A DNA stretch of 64,000 bases from Antedon mediterranea. Taxonomy: Eukaryota > Animalia > Echinodermata. The stretch is from the NCBI RefSeq assembly GCF_964355755.1, contig NC_092679.1, positions 16,165,432-16,229,431 on the forward strand, written 5' to 3'. Shown one piece after another: positions 48,301 to 60,984 of the stretch. A model generated the notes under the pieces. That model was not told where the DNA came from and did no database searches. It worked only from the letters and a program-made list of their open reading frames with translations. A program made the translations under genes and the position numbers. The first letter of the stretch is position 1, and the number at the start of each line of letters is the position of its first letter.

Positions 48301-51300
48301 GTAAAATAATATCCTTTGTTTGTTATTATCACAGAAAACAACAATTTATAAATGATGTCAGTTCCAGTCAGTCTTCTAACCAGGTAAGAATTTGATATTT
48401 TTTCAGTTTATAATAAAAATAATTTTTATAGATTTTACAGTATCAATAGGGAGCTTTGTTAACTTTGACGTTATTTCCCAACATACGATGCTCAAACTCT
48501 GGCCACTTTGTAAAAAAATCAATCTGCGTGTGTGCAAGTAGGATGAAAAACTTTAGAAACTTATTTCTGAAAAATGGTAAAGTTAATTTTTAAAGCCAAG
48601 CAATAATTGTTCATTGCAATATGCTATTTATCATACAATATTTAGGTTTAAACAGGCTGGCCTCTAGGCCTAATAGTCTCTAGGACTAAGGCATTCCATG
48701 TTTAGTTTTATGCGAGCGGCGTATGTTGCATGTGCAACACATGCATTGTGTTCAACACTCGCACCAAGCGAAATTAAAACGAACAAGTAAGTTAACGCAA
48801 CGGTTTAAAATTGACGTTTACATGCTCAAGCTCCCTATTACTATTCTCCAAATCATACAGTATGTTTTTGAAACTTGGCTGAAAAGCCAGATACAGTATT
48901 TTAGGCCAGTATTTTAGCTCAACCAACAATGAATTCAGGCAAATCAATTTTCCCCAGAAGTTAATTCTTCGAGATTCCATAATGTGTGTAATAATAAGTA
49001 TCATAGTTTATGTTGAATATAAAAGGTAATTTTGTGTACAAATATTAACATTCTATTTATGTTAAGCCATACAATTTTCACATTTGGAAAGCTTTACTTT
49101 TTGTTTCTATGTTGCAATAAGTACCTTTTAAAACAAGTACATAGAAATGTAAGGAAATAAATCGTATCATGTTGAGATTGGTAAATTCCAAAACATTTCA
49201 GGGTTTTTTAATTTCCTGGTTGAAGGGCCAAATTAACTACCAGGAACCATACTCAAATCTGTATGGAGTTCATGGTTTTAATTAATTTCATTTATTTATT
49301 TTTAACACATTGAACAAAAAAAAATTAATACTGTAGAAGAAAAAGAAGACAATGTGTGAAAGAAGATCAAAATAAGTAAAAATTACTTTTAGCATTGACC
49401 ACCTAAGCAGTTGTCGAAATGCCAAGAAAACTAATAACTCTAAAATATTGACAAAAACAAATATTTAAAAAAAATAATAACATTGAATGTTATCAAATAA
49501 TTATGCCATAAAAGTTAAAACTAACTAATACAAGGTTATATACTATAATATCAACAAACAGATTAAAAAAAAAAGATGAATTAGGAAATGTAGTCTTTAA
49601 TTATCGTTGTTGTTGTTAACGTTTTCCGTCTTCCGACATTACGCTTTCCACAATTTGTTTCCATTTTTTTCTGTTTATGGCAGGATGGTTTGTTATTGTG
49701 TTAGTGTCTACTAGTCCTTGTAAGTCTTTCTTTATTTGATTCATCCAGTTATTTCTTGGTCCTACGGGTCGTTTTACTTTCCTGTTAGTTTCCTTCATTG
49801 TTTGTTTGATTGGGATATCATCCGGTAATCTAATTATATGTGTCTATACCATTTTAGTCTCCTTCGTTTAATTCTTTTACTTACTCCATTCTTCTTGTTT
49901 TGTTATCTCGTATATTTTCGTGTTACACACTCTATCTGTTAATTTAATATCTATCATCTTTCGCAACATTTTCCTGTGATATATATCTATACTCTCTTGT
50001 AATTTTTTGTTTAGTACCCAGAGGTCACTGTTATATAAATACTTGCTATGTATGCGTCAAACAAACGGGATTTCACGTCTACAGACATCGTTTTGTGTTC
50101 TAGCGACGACTTCAGCTTGTTATATGCCATAGCTGCTAGTGATTTTCTTCTTTTAATGTCTTTTTCTGTGTCCAAGTTACTACCGAGGTATTTGCATTCT
50201 TTCCATTTACTATCGGTGTTTCTTCCTATTAGGTATTTTTCTGTTTTACTGTTTTACTTTCGTTTATCTTTAGATTGAATTCTGCTAATTTCTCTGTTAC
50301 ATTTTTCTTTATATTAGTTATGTGTTCTTTTGAGTCGCTAATAAATGAAGTGTCATCTGCATACTGCATCTGGATATTAAGCTGTTGTAGGGGTAGTGGT
50401 GTTGTGTTTGCTGATTCGAGTGCATTTGCTAGGTATAGTGTGAACAGTATCGGAGACATACAGTCACCTTGTGGTACTCCTAGTGTAGTAGTAAACAATT
50501 TTCCTGTCTGTTTTGCAATTCGAACGCTTAATTTTACATTGTTTATCAAAACTTTCAACATGTGTAGTTCATCATCTTGTAATATATGCGTCAGTATGTC
50601 GAATAGAGTATTCCTCCCCACAGTGTCAAATGCACTGGTCATGTCAAGTAGTAGTAATATTATTTCGTAGTTAGATGACGCAATTGCCTTTTCTGCTAAC
50701 ATTTTGCATGTATGTACATGTTCGGTAGTGCTTTGTCCTCTGCGATACGCGGCCTGTGTTACAGGGACATGTTCATCTAATCTGTTGTTTATCCTATTAA
50801 GTAAACATATTGCTAGCATTTTCCTAAGAACCGACAGAAGGATGATGGGTCGGATGTTTTTTGGTGGACCTTTTTTTGGGGGTGGGGTGTTTGACGGGGT
50901 CTGGCGGGCACAATCCACCAGTTTGAGTTTATTGAAGATTTTCCCACCAGTTTCAGAGGGTTAACTTTTAAGCTGATCTAGCTCATTTTTGGCCCCCCCA
51001 GAAATGGGGGTCTGGCAGGCACCCCCCACCACTAAAATCGTCTGGCGATATTCATTCATTATATTTCACTCTATGTCAAACAATTTGCAAAATATTTCAT
51101 GGGGTTAACTTTTCAGCTGATCTAGCTCATTTTTTTTACCCTTTACAATGTCCCTCCTAGCCACACCCACCAAAAGAAACGCGCCAGACTGTCATTTCCA
51201 TACATTGATATGTACGTAGATAATTGCCACATGCATAGAAATTGGTTAACTTTCCAGCTAGGTTGACCCCTCTGGGCTCCTGCTCTAATACTCAAATCTG

Positions 51301-54300
51301 TATTTTTTGGTGGACCTTTTTTCTTGCCTGGTTTCGGTATTGGATGCAATATGCCTTCGTTGATTTCTTTAGGTTTGTTTCCTGTTTTAGCTGTTTGGTT
51401 ATATATTTCTGCTATGTGGTTAAAAACTTCTATAGGTGCATATTTTACCATTTCAGAGTATACTTGGTCACTTCCTGGGCTTTTATTATTTTTTAAGCAT
51501 TTCGCTGCTTTGGCAACTTCATCACTTGTAAAGGGAGACTTCATTTCAATAGGTTTAATGTTTTCGTTTGTAGGTTTTTCTTGTGATTTGTGATAGACGT
51601 TTTCAAAGAAATTGCTAATTATTTCTACCTGCTCTTCTTCGTTTGTTGTTATACCGAACATATATGGGATATAAAAACTGGCTACGGATTTCTTAGATTT
51701 TAGCTGAATTTGTACTACTGCAAATACATACAAGTTTAAAGCTCTGTCTACACTATCAAACTTTATGACAAAAATGTAATGTGCCCATATATGGACATGA
51801 TGATGTCATATCACTACCATATTTAGGCATATCATTACCATATATGGGCACATAAAGAATGTTCTCAATTTTGAACTGCAAATGTTGAAAGGTTGGGGTG
51901 TTACTGCATTGTAAAATGGGAACTTGGAGCTGGTGGTTGAAATTCTCTGTTACTAATTCAAAAATCATTCTGAACACTCCCTCTCAAGGACTTCTTATAC
52001 GACTTTAGGGAGCTTTTTTTCGGAACGGTAGACGAAAATCGACTAAATAATACTTCTTTTTTGTGCGTGTACACATAATATTGCCGTCTCTGTCTATTCT
52101 TTGTCTTAAAGCGAAACCTCACTAATGTTTATATTGCTACTTTTGTGTATCTCGGGACAGTGATTTAACGCATTCTATTTACAATCCTTGTAAATATGCC
52201 TATAGTGATAATAAAATGATAATTAAATGTTATTAAAACAGAAGAACTTTACGAATGATATTTTAAAGAAAGAATAAATAGAATTAAATTTGTGTTTTTT
52301 AAAATTGTTTGCAGATATTCAATACAGGCGTCTCCAATCAAGCACAACATGGCTTTTCATCAAACTTTGCATCTAGTGGTCAAAGTAATCCAATGGTCAG
52401 CCAAGGATTAAGCTCTCCGTTTTATGGTCAAGCCATTCCAAACTCTTTATCAGGATTTACTGATGGTTCGACAACTTCAGACGCAAGTTTGACTTTGATG
52501 GATCGACTAGAGCTCACTCGTGACATTTGGTACCAGCCGAATCGTCCAAAGGCTGAAGCAATAAAAGCGTTACAGTTAGCACCTTTAGGGGTAAGTTGCC
52601 TATTTAATTACTCTGTTTTAAAATATTGTAGAAAATATTATTTTATCTTTTCCATCTCATAAAAGAAAAAAAATAAAGTATTAATTTAATTTGGTCTTAA
52701 TCATATAATACATTATTGGAAGATTTGAATATGGTTTTGTAGGAAACCAAACAACTGTAATAGCACCATGAAAGTACTACTGTAGAAAAGATGCGATGCA
52801 ATGCGAGATTCGAACCAGTGCCATCACTGTCCATATTGTCAAGCTGATGGACCAGAATAATGCTGCAAAATTATGTGTTTGTTACAACTAAATATAGATT
52901 ATAGATATTTTAAATGATATTGTTTTTATTCATTTTGTTTAGAGTTTTATAGTTCGTGGTTCAAAGGTCAAAGGTCAATTATCTCTGCTAGTTCACCAGA
53001 ATTCCGAGAAGAGTGGTTTCTATATTGAAAATTATCCCGTGAGATTACATCCAGATAACAGTAAGGACACATTTACATGCTGTTTTACTAGACTCACAAA
53101 TTAGAACGGAGTTCAACTGAAAGTCAAGCATTCACACTATATAAGTATGGGAAATGAAAGTGATGCTTTGCTGTAGTGGTTAACCAGAAATTGGCATTAG
53201 TGTTTCTGCCATGGATTGCACTCAATTTGATTGCCATTTAATAGTAAAGTTAAATTTCATTTTGACATTTAATGAAAATTGCCTAGATAGTTTTACAACT
53301 CAAAAGTGAGTACAGGAACTCAGAAATTCTGAAACTCATATTAGAACCCCTATTAAGGGGACACCTTAGCCTCCATGTTAGATTCATGAGGAACAGTTGC
53401 TTAATAATTAGTTGTGTCCCCTGAATAGTTATTTTTTTATACTGGGGGATCCTTTAGTCAATGACTGGTCTTCCAGAGGGCCCAGTTATGATCAGTGGCT
53501 GTGAGTGAACTAGTACACCCAGGGTAACTCCCTTCTCGTCTTGAAAGGTGTACTAGAAAAAAAAGAGAAAAAAAGTGCACTTGAACTAGAAGTGTACACT
53601 AGATCTATGGTTTATAGTCTTTATCCGAGAAGACTCGTTCTTCCACAAGAACCATGGACCGAGTGAACCTTGAACCCTTTACCGATGTTATGGCTAGGTA
53701 ATACGGCTCATCCACTCCCTCGCTAAAAGAGATCTCTCCAGGGTGAGACAAATCAATTTTTGAACCCTTTTGGATTTGTATGCCTGATTTTTAGAGAATT
53801 TCTTATTTACACTACAGAGTCGGGAGACATGATTGACTGCACACATTTCTCCTTTTCAATATCACCTTATCTACTTGTATATTATTTTCATTTTAGAAGT
53901 AGTGTTGGTAAAATCAGAGCAAGAATATGAATCTATTACGCAACTTGTGGTACAACACATGACAACCGCAGGATGTTTACCAGTAGTTCTAAGATTGCCC
54001 TCTCCAGTTATGGCAGCAAACAACTCGGAAGACCTGAAACATTTAACCTTTGAAGGTACAAGTGGATTTTATGATACGATTGTATTTGGGATATAAATGG
54101 TAGTTTATGTTTAAAACTTGAGGCTAAACCAAAATAAATATGCACAGGCACCAAAGCCTAGTGCAAGTGTTACAGTTTCATATTTTGTTTTTCGCATTAT
54201 CATAAAGAAAACATATACATTTTCTTTTAAAAAAAGGGACAGGAAATGCCTCTTATAATGGTAGGTGGAAGTTAATATCGTCTGTGTATTGCTCATCCTA

Positions 54301-57300
54301 AACATTTACTTTAAAAATTTCTGTGGGTTTTAAACAATCACTAATTAAATTATTTATCCTCATCTTTTCATGCGTTTGCTTTGTGTTTTATGATAAAGTG
54401 GATTTGTGTAAAATATTGTATATATAAAGGTTAAGGGCATGTTTTTACACCTTACATTTAATGTTGTTGACTGCATGTACTAAGCCATAGAACAGTTGTT
54501 TTTACACCTTTTGCATTTGGAGTTAAACCTAACATGTAGAGGCCTGATTAACAAACACTACTTCATATGGTAAATCATAGATGACATGCTTTCATTTTAA
54601 ATGCATGTTTTCTCTCCAATTACTCTCATCATAAGCCATTGGGACTTAAATTTAGCTTTCTGCTTATTTTATTTGTATCTTTGTTGCGATCCAGCCACTG
54701 ATACTCACGGCAATGTCATTGTTTTCAGTTTGGATTTGTATGCAAACAGTCAATTCAATGCATGGTTTATATTTTAATATAAAATATCTCAAATTGATTT
54801 TTTGTTGTTGACATTTTATTAATTTAACTTTTGAATGTTTTTCAGGTGTTTGGAGAAACTCACAATCATTCCTTCAAGAAGATTCAAATCAGAATTTAAA
54901 AATACCTTGTCGAACAATGATGCGAGTACAGTCAACTCCACAAATTGATTATCATTATGATACTGATCGAAAGCTAAGTCTTCAACCAACAACCAATTTG
55001 ATAGACCTGTCAAATCAAATGTCTATCAGGCGTAGCACAAGTTACAGTGAAAACACAAATCCATTCGTTAACGTTCAACAAACTACCGATACAGTAGCAC
55101 AGACTTCCGATTTTACGCATCAAAGTAAACAATTACATTTTAGACCAAACAGTGATAATTTTTTTTATGCTCCCCCGAATGCAAATCGGGACTCGTCACA
55201 ATCACTGAATCTGCCATTTCCAAGTATTCCAGTCTGTTCCACGCAATCTTCTGAGCGAGATTCAGGGTTACCAGACCATGAAATGCAGCGATTGTCTGTG
55301 TCGACAGATGCACCATATTTTGATCCCCGGGACTCTGGATTCGGGCCGGAGGTTATCCTACCAAGTGTAGCTAGTAAGAAATCTGTAGAGCCAAACAATG
55401 AAGAAAGTATCACAAGCAGAAAGAGGGAAAAGTCGCTTCTTAAACAACCTTCTCTTGACTCCCTAGATGAGAGTTCTGCCTCCTCTGGTGAGAGGTTCTC
55501 CTTGATAAGTACATCGTCCAATGAAGATGGTGCTAAATACAGTAGTAGTAAGCCAACAGTGTCGGACAAACCAGCTAAAACACACAAGTTTTCAAAAAGA
55601 AGAAGTATACAAAAAATAATAAGTAAGTATGTCTTTTATTAATATGATAGTTCTAGACTAAACTAACCACATGCTGTATTGGAACAGTTTTTTAAACCAA
55701 TCTAAAATTTATGTATTAGAAGTTTAACATTCTTGTTTTTACTAATATCTCTTATTTTGGCCAGAATTTTAAATAATATGTTGCTTGCTGCTTTTTGCCA
55801 AGTGTTTTTTTCTCAGAAAGTGAGCTTGATTTTTTAAACATTTTTCTTTCAGATATTTCTAAAAGAAAAATCAAACGGGAATGGAAAAGTAGAAGAAAAG
55901 ATCATAGTGATGACAAAGTAGATGGAGATGCTGCAGAAGAAGCTGCAGAATGTATAGAAAAGACAATTCTCAGGTAAAATATATACAGAATGAATTGACT
56001 GTGTCGACACCAGTGGCAGGGAAAAGAAAGATATTCCTATTATATATCCACACCAAAAAAAGTTTCAGCGTATATATCCTGGGAAAAGCCACCATTTTAG
56101 ATTTCCAAGAGAATGTGCAAAATCTCAAAATTGGACAGTATTGAAATATCAGAAAATTTCCCCTTTTTAGTCACATGTACATTTACAAAAAACAGGAGAT
56201 ATTTATGTTTTATAATTACTGTACATGACATGCTATTTACAGGAGATCTCATGAAAGTGGAACATTCTTGAAGGAAACTATTGATGCATTTATTGAGAGT
56301 AAGAAAAAGAAAACGGAGGAGAAACCAGAAAAGATGATGCATAGCATAAGAGGATTAATAGGAGGAATCAAACGAAACCTTGTTACAATGCAAAATGATC
56401 CTGTTATTAAGGAAGTTGTACAACAAAATTCACATAAGGTAGTATTTTAATTTGATGTCAAAATTGTCTAGGATTCTTCAGAATTGCATTGGAGTCTTCA
56501 GAATTGTCTCTGAGTCTTCAGAATTGTCTCTGAGTCTTCAGAATTACCTAAGAGTCTTCAGAATTACCTAAGAGTCTTTTGCCTAAAAGTCTTCAGAATT
56601 TCCTAAGAGTCTTCAGAATTTTCTAAGAGTCTTCAGAATTGCCCAAGAGTCTTCAAAATTGCATAGGAGTCTTAAGAATTGTCTGAGAGTCTTAAGAATT
56701 GTCTGGAGTCTTCAGAATTGTATTGAGATTCTTCAGAATTGTATTGAGATTCTTCTGAAATGTTTTGGAGTATTCTGAAATGTATTGGGAGTTTAGGAAA
56801 TGTATTGGGAGTTATCGAAATGTATTGGAAGTCTTCTTAAATGTATTGGGAGTCTTTGGAAATGTATTGGAAGTCTTCTTAAATGTATTGGGAGTCTTTG
56901 GAAATGTATTGGGAGTCTTCTGAAATGTATTGGGAGTCTTCTGAAATGTATTGGGAGTCTTCTGAAATGTATTGGGAGTCTTCTTAAATATATTGGGAGT
57001 CTTCTTAAATATATTGGGAGTCTTTGGAAATGTATTGGGAGTCTTATGAAATGTATTGGGAGTCTTCTGAAATGTATTGGGAGTCTCCTGAAATGTATTG
57101 GGAGTCTTTGGAAAAGTATTTGGGTTTTTAAAATATCTAGAAATCTTCCAACTTTAGAGTCTTCTGAATGAATACAATGTAGTCTTCACAATTGTCTGGG
57201 AGTCTTTGGGATTGTATGTGAATCTTCAGAATTATATTGAAGTCTTCAAAATTGTCTGGGAGACATCAGAATTGTTTAGTGGTTTTCATAATTGTCTGGT

Positions 57301-60300
57301 AATCTTCAAAATTGTCTGGGAGTCTTCAGAATTGTCTGGAAGTCTTCAGAATTAATTAATTGTTGTCTTCTTCAAAATTTTCTGGGATTCAGAATTGTAT
57401 TTAGTCTTCAAATTTATTTGTCTTTTATCTCTCAGTGCCATTCAGGCATATTTATATATAATGACATAACATTTAGATTTAAAAAAAATTTTATTTATTT
57501 TTTCAGTTGAATCAGGAAGTTGAAGAAATTATAGAGGCTGCCCTTTACCAACGCATTCTAATCCCTTTAAAGGAAACAATTTATGCAAATTATCACTATG
57601 AATATAAGAAGTGAGTAAACCATGGTCGTTGCATAGTCAAATAATATTATATATCACCAATTAGTTGATACTTTTCATTTTATTGGAAGAATTATTGTCA
57701 CATGATAGTGTATGAGTAAACTGGTAAAAATATTTTTCCATTGAATTTTTTATTTAATACTGGTGAAAATGACTAAAACATGCAAATTTCACTTTTAGAA
57801 ATGGTTCAATTGCATTGATAGAAGACAAGATGGCGGTAGCAAGGTTACAGACAAAAGAGCAGTTGGGAATTAGTGTAAGTACTACATTCTAATAACTCTG
57901 AATTCTTAGGACAAAGAACAGGCCTCTCACTGCATGGTGTACTTTTTTTGCGAGTGAATTTGGGTCTGAGCTATAACATCGGCAAGGGTTCGAAGTTCAT
58001 CCCTCCACGGTTCTAGTAATAGAACAAGTGCGATGTATTAGCACACACACCCACTCATGACTAAGCCAGTCATTGATTGAAGGGTTTACCCAGTATAAAG
58101 AAATAATAGATAAATATGGATTTTTTGTTTACAGGCAAATGTTTTGCCACCGAACGAAGATCAAATGAAAATCATAAAAGAATGTTTTGGCAGTTTACGA
58201 AATGCGTACTCGCCTTACGATAAGATGGACCTAATCTTGAAAGCTGTGACACATATCTACGACTTTGTTGGTGATAACGAACATGGAAGAGCTGTGCAAT
58301 CGATGGGTGCTGATGGTAAGTCAGAGTAGTGGTGGGGATATAGCAAAAGCATCTATGATCATTTGAACTACATCACCATTTGTTGATTTTTCAAAACCTT
58401 GGGACCTGGTCTGTGACCACTCTAAGGCTCTGTTTACACTATAGATGTGATGTGCCAATATAATAAATAATAAAGGTGAGTCCCGTATTCATTCTGAACG
58501 TAGGGGGAATGAGCTGTTAGGAGCTCATTGTACTAAGCCTCAGCATTATGTGGTAGGGTGGCCAGTTCCTTTCCACGCCGCCTTTTTTCTCCCTAGTATT
58601 TTCAACCAGGTACTCATTTACAGCTGAGTGGACTGGGAGTTGTCGGGAATTGAACCCGGGTCTATCTGTATGACAGTCCTAACCACTCCAATATATGGAC
58701 ATGATTTTGTTGTCAAAGTAGTTTGATCCAGATACATATCTGTACAAACACTCTCTTTATTTCTCATGTTATAGATACAATAGTGTTATATGATCTTGGA
58801 GTAAAATCAGTGAAAAAAAACAACTGTGATTATAGATTGTCCAATCAGCAATAAATTAAATCTCAATAAAATTCTAGAAAGTAGGAAGTAAACAATATGT
58901 ATTTGTTTTTTCAGAATTTCTTCCCATGTTAATTTATACCTTAGTGCAATGTAACATTACAACTATAGAGATTGAGACAGATTATATATGGAGTCTGTTA
59001 GATTCAACTGCCTTTACAGGAGAACCAGCTTACTATTTAACAACATTAACAAGTGCAGGTATGTCAATCTGTTTACAACAATTAGATTTATTTCAATTTA
59101 GGTGGTCTAGATGACTGATCTATCCACCTCTTTTTGAATCCGCCTTAGTTTTGACTAAGCACTGAATCAGTCCTTTGTTTTTAAGGAGCGCGTTTGCTCT
59201 CCTCTGCGCTCTCTACCTAACTTTAAGGAAATCATGCTCCTTAAATCTCATCTCGCACCAAAAAGGGGATTTCCCGGTGAGTTTACTTTATCACCTCTAA
59301 GTATATCCAGTGTGGTGTCAGAGAAACGCCTCCTTTACATCAATCACATGAACAAGTCCCAACCAATTGTTTCTTTTATGGAATTGGGTAATGTTTGAAA
59401 AATCTCTAGGATTCTTTATTAGGAGAATTTGAGGAGAGCAAATTAGGGCTCTCCTTCTTTTTACTAAGGGATTACTGAATATTGACTTGACAACTTTATA
59501 TGTTTCAGTTCATGTTTTGAAGAATGTGGAGTTTGAAGATGTCATAGAAGAAGATGATAATAAAGACACAGATACACAGGATGATGTTGACCTAGAAGAT
59601 TTTAGTTTTACCCATCGTTCTTCCAGTGTCAGTGGTACCAAAGGATTTCTAGAGGTTTTTGTGACCGTGTCATCGGGAGAATTTCAAGAGAAAATGCTCC
59701 CTCTTTGGCCCGGAATGACTACTAAACAGATTTGTAAGCACTATAAAGGCTGCTACACACTAAGACGATAATTATCGACGATAACAATTTAAAACATACA
59801 TTTTTCATACACACATAAAAAAAGAAGAAATTATAAAAGTGTTCATACTATAAATAGAACTATATAATAATCAGAAGTACTTGATAAATCAATTTCATTT
59901 AACCCTAACCTTAACTTTTTTGTTCTTATAGGTCGTAACTTAACTCTGAAAAATCATATAGAAGAAAAGGAATGGGAAAATTTTGGACTCTTCAAATTAG
60001 AAAGAAATAAGGAAGGACAAGTCAAAAAAGGTAAGTATGAAATTTGGCATAAACCAATGCTAAAATAATTTACTTTTTTACTTGTAAATTGACACTCTTT
60101 AAGTAAAGCTATGAGCTCCTCAATTTCGTGGATAAAAAAAAAATCAAAAAAGTGGATACACAATTTCAAGTGATTTCCATGAGCATTTGTGAGCTGCTAT
60201 GTAAAATGTATACTATGAAAATAACACATTTTGTAGAAAGTTCAATTTTTTTATTGAATGCACAAAATGATTGTCTGTTATCTTAAAAACAGTGTTGATT

Positions 60301-60954
60301 CTGAGGATTGACAAATGCTTCAAATTTGGAAGATCTGTTTATATGTTGATTATGTTTCACAGTTGGCTCTGAAATTAAACTTCACTAAATAGTCATTTGC
60401 GAATTTCAGAAGTCCAAAGTTGGAAAGAATTATAAGGGGCGCTTTATACGCTAATGAGCAATTCAACGTTTTGTTGGCGCTTCAACTCCTAATAGTAAAC
60501 AATGGTTATGCCATGCAATTTCCACAAATAATAGAGGGCGCTATAATTAAATATAGGGTGCTATATAAGCTTAAATGAGCTATTAAAAATTTAATGGCGC
60601 ATCATCTCCTAATGGTAAACAGTGGTTATGCCAAGCAATTTCCAGGCAAAAGGAAAATGTCTCCTATTCAATATATGTCTTATTCACTTGCCCAGTGTTT
60701 CACTGATATTTCCCTGTTATAATTAACAATAACATAATAATAGTCCCTTTCACATTTATCTAATTGATATTTGCACAGAAACACTGCTTCATGATAATGA
60801 GTGTCCGCAAAGAGTTAAAGACGAGATGACCCATTCAGGAATTCTGTGCGACTTTGGCTTTAAGCACAAATACTACCGTGTTGATTGGCCGTTAAATACT
60901 AAATTAGCAGCTGAACTCAAATCTGATGAAAGTGAAGATGAATCAGAAGCGTAA
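39319..60954 (+). CDS. RIN: Ras and Rab interactor (RIN1/2/3 / Drosophila sprint family) Rab5 GEF: SH2 + VPS9 + RA, 1008 aa, 17 coding exons
   Basis: Phase-consistent exons: 39319-39414, 41551-41639, 45065-45205, 48335-48383, 52315-52590, 52943-53060, 53897-54055, 54846-55622, 55853-55973, 56243-56438, 57507-57610, 57799-57874, 58135-58315, 58915-59058, 59509-59733, 59932-60030, 60779-60954 (TAA). SH2: LMDRLELTRDIW..LAPLGSFIVR..LPVVLRLP. VPS9: YSPYDKM..MGADEFLPMLIYTLV..GEPAYYLTTL. RA: KMLPLWPGMTTKQICR..FGLF..LHDNECPQRVK. The four small N-terminal exons are less certain. Confidence 0.9.
39450..39925 (-). mobile_element. Degraded 3' end of an L2/CR1-type LINE
   Basis: Minus strand reads LH*LAVKQR / KFKIIMLTYKAIHKQSPQYLS (LHWLP..FKI..LTYK motif) and ends with AGCGCTTTAGA..AAT. 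Confidence 0.65.
40490..40930. repeat. About 160-bp diverged tandem repeat x3
   Basis: TGATTAGCTGAATT...ACACAC.GTT..TGTTT recurs near 40497, 40662 and 40822. Confidence 0.7.
41814..42001. mobile_element. Small degraded MITE (hAT-like termini)
   Basis: CAAGCCCGTAGCCAG / CTGTCTACAGGCTTG imperfect TIR; no clean TSD. Confidence 0.4.
42173..43362 (-). mobile_element. 1.2-kb TIR element with TGTGAC..GTCACA ends and a truncated acidic ORF (CryptonV/LRS-like, tentative)
   Basis: 34-bp TIR TGTGACCTGCTACCACGAAA(T/G)GGCTGTAAACTCG with 1 mismatch; ORF remnant 42529-42756 (-); promoter-like interior. Confidence 0.75.
45233..45465. mobile_element. P-element-like MITE
   Basis: CA..TG ends; TIR CAGCCGATTCTCGGTGCTATATC / GATACAGCATTGAGAATCGGGTG; 7-bp flanking duplication AAATAAA. 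Confidence 0.65.
46062..46498. repeat. 18-bp minisatellite (AATTTAGATCATGCCTAC) x24
   Basis: Direct count; near-perfect units with no spacers. Confidence 0.97.
47098..47380. mobile_element. MITE (Harbinger-like TIR)
   Basis: AGCCAATTTTCCACTAG / CTAGTGGAAAATCGGCT; internal IR GAATCGAAAGCGTCA / TGACGCTTTCGATTC; TSD imperfect. Confidence 0.6.
48169..48296. mobile_element. Family A MITE, degraded copy
   Basis: TATGTGACAAAAAAATG..TATGGACATGATGA..TTTGATAGTGT body. Confidence 0.6.
49606..51655 (-). pseudogene. 5'-truncated, frameshifted non-LTR retrotransposon (RTE-like RT) with an (ACA)n tail, interrupted by an insertion
   Basis: LKNNKSPGSD, PIPKPGK, RPIILLS..K, QAAYRRGQST, LLDMTSAFDTV, GVPQGDCMSPILF, QYADD, KYLGS and a C-terminal RPVGPRNNW; tail at about 49606-49618. 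Confidence 0.88.
51740..51852. mobile_element. Family A MITE, left part
   Basis: TAA+AGCTCTGTCTACACTATCAAACTTTATG... Confidence 0.75.
53493..53720 (-). mobile_element. tRNA/Deu-type SINE copy
   Basis: Homologous to 2131-2360 and 30311-30548. Confidence 0.72.
56474..57410. repeat. About 21-bp minisatellite filling a RIN intron (GAGTCTTCAGAATTGTCTGG / GAGTCTTCTGAAATGTATTGG)
   Basis: Visible array with a homogeneous core at about 56770-57120 and more diverged flanks. Confidence 0.9.
57975..58095 (+). mobile_element. Internally deleted copy of the tRNA/Deu SINE
   Basis: TAACATCGGCAAGGGTTCGAA...GGTTCTAGTAATAGAACAAGT is the reverse complement of the other copies. Confidence 0.55.
58425..58726. 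mobile_element. Family A MITE interrupted by a second tRNA-derived SINE (about 58470-58688, minus strand)
   Basis: MITE left end GGCTCTGTTTACACTAT and right part ATATGGACATGA..GTCAAA.TAGTTTGAT flank a SINE. The SINE has a B-box (CGGGTTCAATTCCCG on minus) and CCCAGTCCACTCAGCTGTAAATGAGTACCTGG. Confidence 0.65.
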
Positions 60955-60984
60955 TGTCAATGTAGATGTGACAGAAAATTGTTG

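Noticed and set aside
56800-57171. 123-aa KCIGSLL repeat ORF
   Set aside because: In-frame 21-bp minisatellite inside an intron; the flanking exons join in phase without it.
59899-59915. Telomere-like TAACCCTAACCTTAAC
   Set aside because: Only about two units; falls in a branch-point region.
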